From NCBI RefSeq assembly GCF_011386835.1, contig NC_088795.1:12276001-12340000 (forward strand): a DNA stretch of 64,000 nucleotides. Reading direction: 5' to 3'. The translations under genes and the position numbers were made by a program. The notes under the pieces are model-generated. The model saw only the letters and a list, made by a program, of their open reading frames with translations. It did no database searches and had not been told where the DNA came from. Each line of letters starts with the position of its first letter. Position 1 is the first letter of the stretch. Source of the stretch: Chrysemys picta bellii (taxonomy: Eukaryota). This document shows, one piece after another, positions 58,624 to 64,000 of this stretch.

Positions 58624-60221
58624 TCAGTTTGAAACTGGCTATGTAAAAGGAATACGTTTTATTTTGCTAATTATTAAACGTTGCGACTAAGGACACTAAG
58701 TTTTAGTTATCTGTATTAATGAGGGTGACAGAACTCTGTATTATCAATGAAGCTATTATTGATTACTCCCTCTGGATCTGATTGTGAACCCTTTACTCAC
58801 TCAAGACTCACTGAAGTTGTGAATCAAACCCATCAGGTGAAATCTTGACCCCATTTGAAGGCAATGGGAGTTTTACGATTGATTTCAAAGTGGCCAGGAT
58901 TTCACCTCTTGTCTTTAGCATGGTCCTTGGGACTCAAACATCTTATTTTTACTGCATTTATGTATTTCCATCTATGCCAAGCAGAACTCTGGGAGTTATT
59001 GAACCATTCAATAGTGTGCCTTTGAGGTTATAGCTACACTCACCAGTTTTGAAACGGTTTGCTTGCCTGGCTTTAACATTAGAGTTTTAACACTACGTTA
59101 ATATATTGCATTTTTAATGTTCTTTAGCCTTAGCCATATTATAGTTTACAAAATCTTAGCACAACTGTCATCAATACAAATTCCCTGAAGAGCAAAGACT
59201 AACAACATTTTACTCATTCAGAAATCTAACATCACAACTACCATATTATTCCCAGACTATTAAAAATGTCTCCCTAATCCACTGGACCAGTTATAAGATG
59301 AAAAGATACATGAGGTGACACAACAAGAGCCAAAATGTAGATAGTTCTGTGGCACAAATCCGTGTTTGGTGCAGCAGTTCTCTGTTTGCTATGCCTATAG
59401 TTATTCTCTGAAAATACAACAACCTGAAGAAACCTCTTTCCAGAAGGAGAAAAGATAAATAAAATAGATTTGGGGCTTGCCTCCTCTTCATATATACTCT
59501 TCTTGTCAAAATAATTACAGGCTGCCTCTTTTTTCTTGCAGACTACTCCATCTTCTTCCTTTACTGGCCAAACAGCCAGCAAAATTTTTGCCCAATTTCC
59601 ACTTGTGCTTAAATTATTTCAAACCAAGGTAAGGACAAAGAAAGAATAGTTATGCGTCGACTATCGTATTAATTCTTTAAGAAGTACAGATATTAAATGC
59701 TTTGGGGCTATTCATAAACACTTATTCTCTTTATCATGTTTTATTCAGAAAAATAGAACGCACATTGACAGAATATATTAATATTTTCACAATTAGCCAA
59801 ATTTGCCACGTGTGTTGAGATATCTCAGTTACACAGACAAGAATTCCTGAGACTACTATAGTAGATATACAATGGAGATTTTTTTTTTTTTTTTTTTAGG
59901 TATAACATCAACAAAATTTATTTATTTCAACATTTAAAAAAGGAATAGACTTGTACACGTCAAGTATTAGTGCAGTAGAGTAATAAATTATTCTTCATTT
60001 GTAGGATAACTTTTATAAAGTGCACTACCAACAATGGCTATTATAATGAGATGTTTCTAATTAAATTTCTTATCAGTGCTTTGTTATTTGATAATATGTA
60101 TTTCTATTTAAGCTCTGTTTGACAAATATGGATGTGGGACATTATGAAAAGAACAACTGGGAGTGAAATCTTGGCCCCATTGAAGTCAATGGCAAAACTC
60201 ACATTGACTTCATTGAGGTCA

Positions 60222-60470
60222 AGTATCAGGGGCTAGCCGTGTTAGTCTGTATCCACAAAAACATCACGGAGTCCGGTGGCACCTTAAAGCCAAACAGTCT
60301 TAATTTAATAAATATATAATTTAATACATATTATTGTTCTCTTCATATGTCAGTATATAATGCCTGCATCTGTAATTTTCACTCCATGCATCTGAAGAAG
60401 TGGTTTTTTTTACCCACAAAAGCTTATGCCCAAATAAATCTGTTAGTCTTTAAGGTGCCACCGGACTCTC
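60222..60470. mobile_element. Penelope-like insertion with inverted pLTR pieces
   Basis: Forward pLTR piece, AT-rich filler, then an inverted piece containing a hammerhead remnant. 11-bp duplication CATTGAGGTCA at 60211-60221 and 60471-60481; inserted in an old CCATTGAAGTCAATGG palindrome. Confidence 0.8.
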
Positions 60471-60860
60471 CATTGAGGTCAGAATTTCATCCTAGAAGTC
60501 CAGGCCTAATGTACAAGTCTAAGGCATCTTGGAAAAGTATATTAGTCTGATTTGCACAAAATGTGTGGCTATAACTTCAGTAAAAAGCTATATAGAGAAT
60601 ATGCTGATTTTGATGATAAAGAAAAGCATGTTAAAAGAAAAATGCTGGTTGTTAATTTCTACTTTCTTATTCGATTTAGTAAAATAAATTGCTCATGTTT
60701 TGTTGTTACAGCAATCAATATGATTTTTTTTTGAGAGGGAGAGGCTAACCACTCTCTATGTTCAATACAAAACCACCACCCAATTTCTTGTGCAAATACA
60801 CATACAACAGTTAAAAATCACCAATGCAAAATGTAGTTTGACATTTATAACGAGTTTTAA

Positions 60861-61298
60861 AAAGGGACACTGTCAGAGTTTTTAGATTCAAAATTTTGAC
60901 CAATTTTAAATTGATGTCTGATGAGTACAGTCCTCTGAATTCATTTTTTAAGCTTATTATTTGATCAAACAATAAATGTATTTAGAGGAAGCAATATTTC
61001 TTCAAGTCTCCGAAAACCAGTATTGTGCTCCTTCTCTACTAGAACAACACTTAAATTGCTTCCCCAAAGTAACATCAATAGAGTACATGTCTACAGACAG
61101 GAAGATGTTTTGGCATGACAATAAGACACTAAAATAACATGAAAATTGTTGATGATTCAAGATATAGAAAAAATATAGATACAGATGTTTAGACTTCTAA
61201 AACGATTAAGAAGATTAAGATTAAGTGCAATTAAACACAATTTAGGGTAAAATTAATATTAAGGATTATTTTAAAATATTACTTGGCAGTGTCCCTTT
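60861..61298. mobile_element. Kolobok-like non-autonomous element
   Basis: Terminal inverted motifs AAAGGGACACTGTCA / TGGCAGTGTCCCTTT in TTAA-like context. The superfamily call is inference. Confidence 0.55.
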
Positions 61299-62852
61299 AG
61301 TGATTTAAAAAAAAAAAAAAAAACGGTCTAGGGGGCATATGGGGGAAAGCAGACAGTGGTGAATTCTGGAAGATGGAATCTCTTCTCTCTGCTGGTCCTA
61401 GAAGAGAAGAGAGAAACCAATAAGAATAAACACACTGCCTTGTATCCACCCCAGCCTTGTCCCACAACTCAACAAGACGCCATTCACAACCTGACGCTAA
61501 TTCTTCATGGCACTGTTTTGCATGAATTATGTTATATTAAGAAATATATCATTTTTATCAGTATAACATTCTGGAAATTCCTATTATGAGAATTTTTTTC
61601 ACCATATCTAAACTGCAAATTTTTACTATCACTTCTAAGCCTCCTGCTAATATCTACCAACTTGCTGAAAATTATTATTTGGGACTACAGTAGAACAGGC
61701 AGAAATTGCAAACCAATTCCCAGCATCCATATGGATATAAAAATCAGAAGATAATGCCACCATTTAATATTTAAGCAAAAATATACTCCTTCCAAAGTAA
61801 ACGTTTTCCATCTTGTGCATTTCTCTTTAAAATTAGTCTATATTCTTTCACATCAGCAGCAAACATTCTAAAAAAGTGTAAAATACCAGTTACACTGAAA
61901 GCAAAGATCATGTAATGTAAATTATATTTTTCATCTTAAATATGAGAGTTTCAACCATTTATTTGCTCACTAGCTATCCCTAGAATCTTATAGAGTACAT
62001 TCTCTTAAATTCTGTAACTGCTATTAATGCTAAAATGAGTTTTTACATACTTTAAAGGAGGAGGGACAAATACTACTTCAGTATATCTTTCATAGTGTAA
62101 CACACACATGCAGGCTCTCTCTTGTATTAGTTGGCCTTATACAAAAACATTCCAAACAAGTTCAGTTCCTAATTCAAGAGACCCTCAGGAACATGAATTC
62201 TCTAAAGTAAAACAAGCATGGACTGCTTCTAAAAAAACCCTGAGATTTTCTGAATTCATATAGGATGATTGTTTTGCATGAGACATCTCTAATTTATTCA
62301 TCTGTAGAAAGCCAACTATCCAGGGATTCCCTATATAATTGAGGCAACTATTTGAACGCTCTTTTGTAACAGCCGGCAAATACTGTTACTTTTGGCATTT
62401 GGATTAGCAAGCGCCAGGAAATTATTTCAATTGCCCATTTAATCACAACTGATTCTGTCTAGAAGGTATTGTTGAAACAGAAAAACAAATTGAAAATTCT
62501 AATATTTTGCCATCTCTCCCTTTGGCACCCTGATACTCTCAAACTACTTTCCTTCTATTGTGAATTATGATATTGGTAAGAACAGTTTATACGACTTTTC
62601 ATCAAGAAATGGGATTTCAACAATTTTTTAAAGCATAAAAAAGCCCAGCTTAAACCTTTTCCCCTACTTGCCTACTCAGGTCAAAATCTAGACAATTTAC
62701 TCCAAATAAAGCAAAATTAATATATGTACTTAAACTACTAAGTCAAGAAACAAAATATCAGTACTTCAGAAAAACAAACAAATATGAGATTGTGCTTCTG
62801 TGCACTGAACAAGTCAATGAGAGTAACAGTTGAAGAAAAACCTTTTTGCTTA

Positions 62853-63123
62853 GACCTTGTCTACACGGGCAAGTTCAGCCAGCTATATTTAACATAGTTT
62901 TATCAGTGTGACGCGCCTATGTGGATGTTCTTATTCCAGTATATGAGTGGCTTTTTTCAGTTTATCTTAAAACTCCTTCCCAAGCAACATAAATTAAAAC
63001 AAAAAAGACACTCTTATGCCAGAATAAGAATGTCTACACAGGGCGATTATACTCGTTTAACTATCAGTTTAAACTCTCAGTTTAGGTTACACAACATGTT
63101 TTTTTCCCTATATAGACAAAGCC
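62853..63123. mobile_element. Old Harbinger MITE
   Basis: TTA + GACCTTGTCTACAC / TATAGACAAAGCC; internal inverted TTCTTATTC(C/T)GG(C/T)ATA-like repeats. Confidence 0.6.
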
Positions 63124-64000
63124 CCAATAACTGAGCTCTGAGAAAACCCAGCAGGGAAATAATGTGGTCTTATGTTTCTAAAGCTTGTATAAATTTACTA
63201 TAGTATATACAGTGGATGTTTCTTCTTAATAAATGCAGTAACTGATAAAGTATAACAAAGATAAAGTTGCCTAGCATCAGTTTCAGAGGGTCATAGAAAT
63301 ACTACAAACCCAGGAGATCACATGGTCCATTACATCCTGTCCCTTTCAATCCCTGATATCCCAATGCCCTAAGATCAATACACTCAAAACTATGTGATTT
63401 GCTGAATTCATTATCTTAGAAACAATTATTTTTGGCACCACACATCCAAAAAACTAGTCATATAAAAAGGCAATGTTTTTCGACATCCATCTCAGGAACA
63501 ATGGGATCAGTTCTCTCCACTATTTTCTAGAACAATGAAAGGAGAGAGATTCGGGTGGACATTTACTTAATGTTGTCACAGTAGTGTTGGCGGATTGTTT
63601 CCTTTTAGAATTAGTGAAGAGCAAATAGCATTGCGTCCATGTAGGATATTTTTCATGATGTACATAAAGTCCAGTGTTACTAATATTTATCTCGGAACAG
63701 ACTCTTTAGATAAAAAAGGGTCTCTGGTAAGAGACTGACTAAAATCCCCTCTTCCATATCCAACAGGAGCAAAGAATTGTCATACCATAGTACCAAGAGT
63801 AAACCAGCAGGCGAGCACATTAAATTATATGTTACACAGTCAAGGTGAGAGACTTGACAAGGCTTTTTGTTCATTGCTGTGATAAATTGAACAAACTTTC
63901 CACAAAAAATATTTAGGTCTTTTTTGTACAATGTTCTTGAACAAACACACACAATGCATCCATCTACAATATCTTTCATTTCTTTTTTTCATATCACATA

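Noticed and set aside
59274-59582. 102-aa minus-strand ORF as possible MTHFD2L exon 1
   Set aside because: No Arg/Ala/Leu-rich mitochondrial presequence, no CpG island and no convincing phase-2 donor. Exon 1 is probably beyond 64000.
60918-60940. CTGATGAG..TGAA as a hammerhead
   Set aside because: No GAAA after stem II and no stem I or III partners. The CTGATGA at ~17483 also lacks stem II.
62323-62339. GGGATTCCC next to TATATAA (NF-kB-like site plus TATA)
   Set aside because: Imperfect consensus with no downstream exon or ORF support; expected by chance in 64 kb.

Overview
This is vertebrate genomic DNA, almost certainly from a turtle, judged by its repeat content: tRNA-Lys/CR1 polIII SINEs, PsCR1-type LINEs, abundant Harbinger and hAT MITEs, and Penelope pLTR fragments. 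The host gene is MTHFD2L on the minus strand. Coding exons 2-8 lie at 43899 down to 3836, all with GT-AG junctions and consistent phases (901 nt). Exon 1 is not visible, so intron 1 is more than 20 kb. At the extreme left edge, also on the minus strand, are a TATA box and the first codons (MAFGM) of what is probably EPGN, the usual downstream neighbour. The introns are filled with TEs. The key result is in intron 1, which holds two full-length, divergent Harbinger transposons (45048-49086 and 53684-57457). Each has the expected convergent transposase and Myb/SANT genes. Each ALSO has a third coding exon nested antisense inside the second intron of the Myb gene. The two copies of this exon align without gaps at 43/90 aa, with many synonymous third-position changes. 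The peptide looks like a BEN DNA-binding domain, suggesting an unannotated three-gene Harbinger architecture. Other notable items are an intact Penelope-type minimal hammerhead ribozyme in the sense strand of intron 2, a perfect 60-bp fold-back palindrome, and a 74-bp direct repeat flanking exon 7. All calls are by eye; no searches were run.
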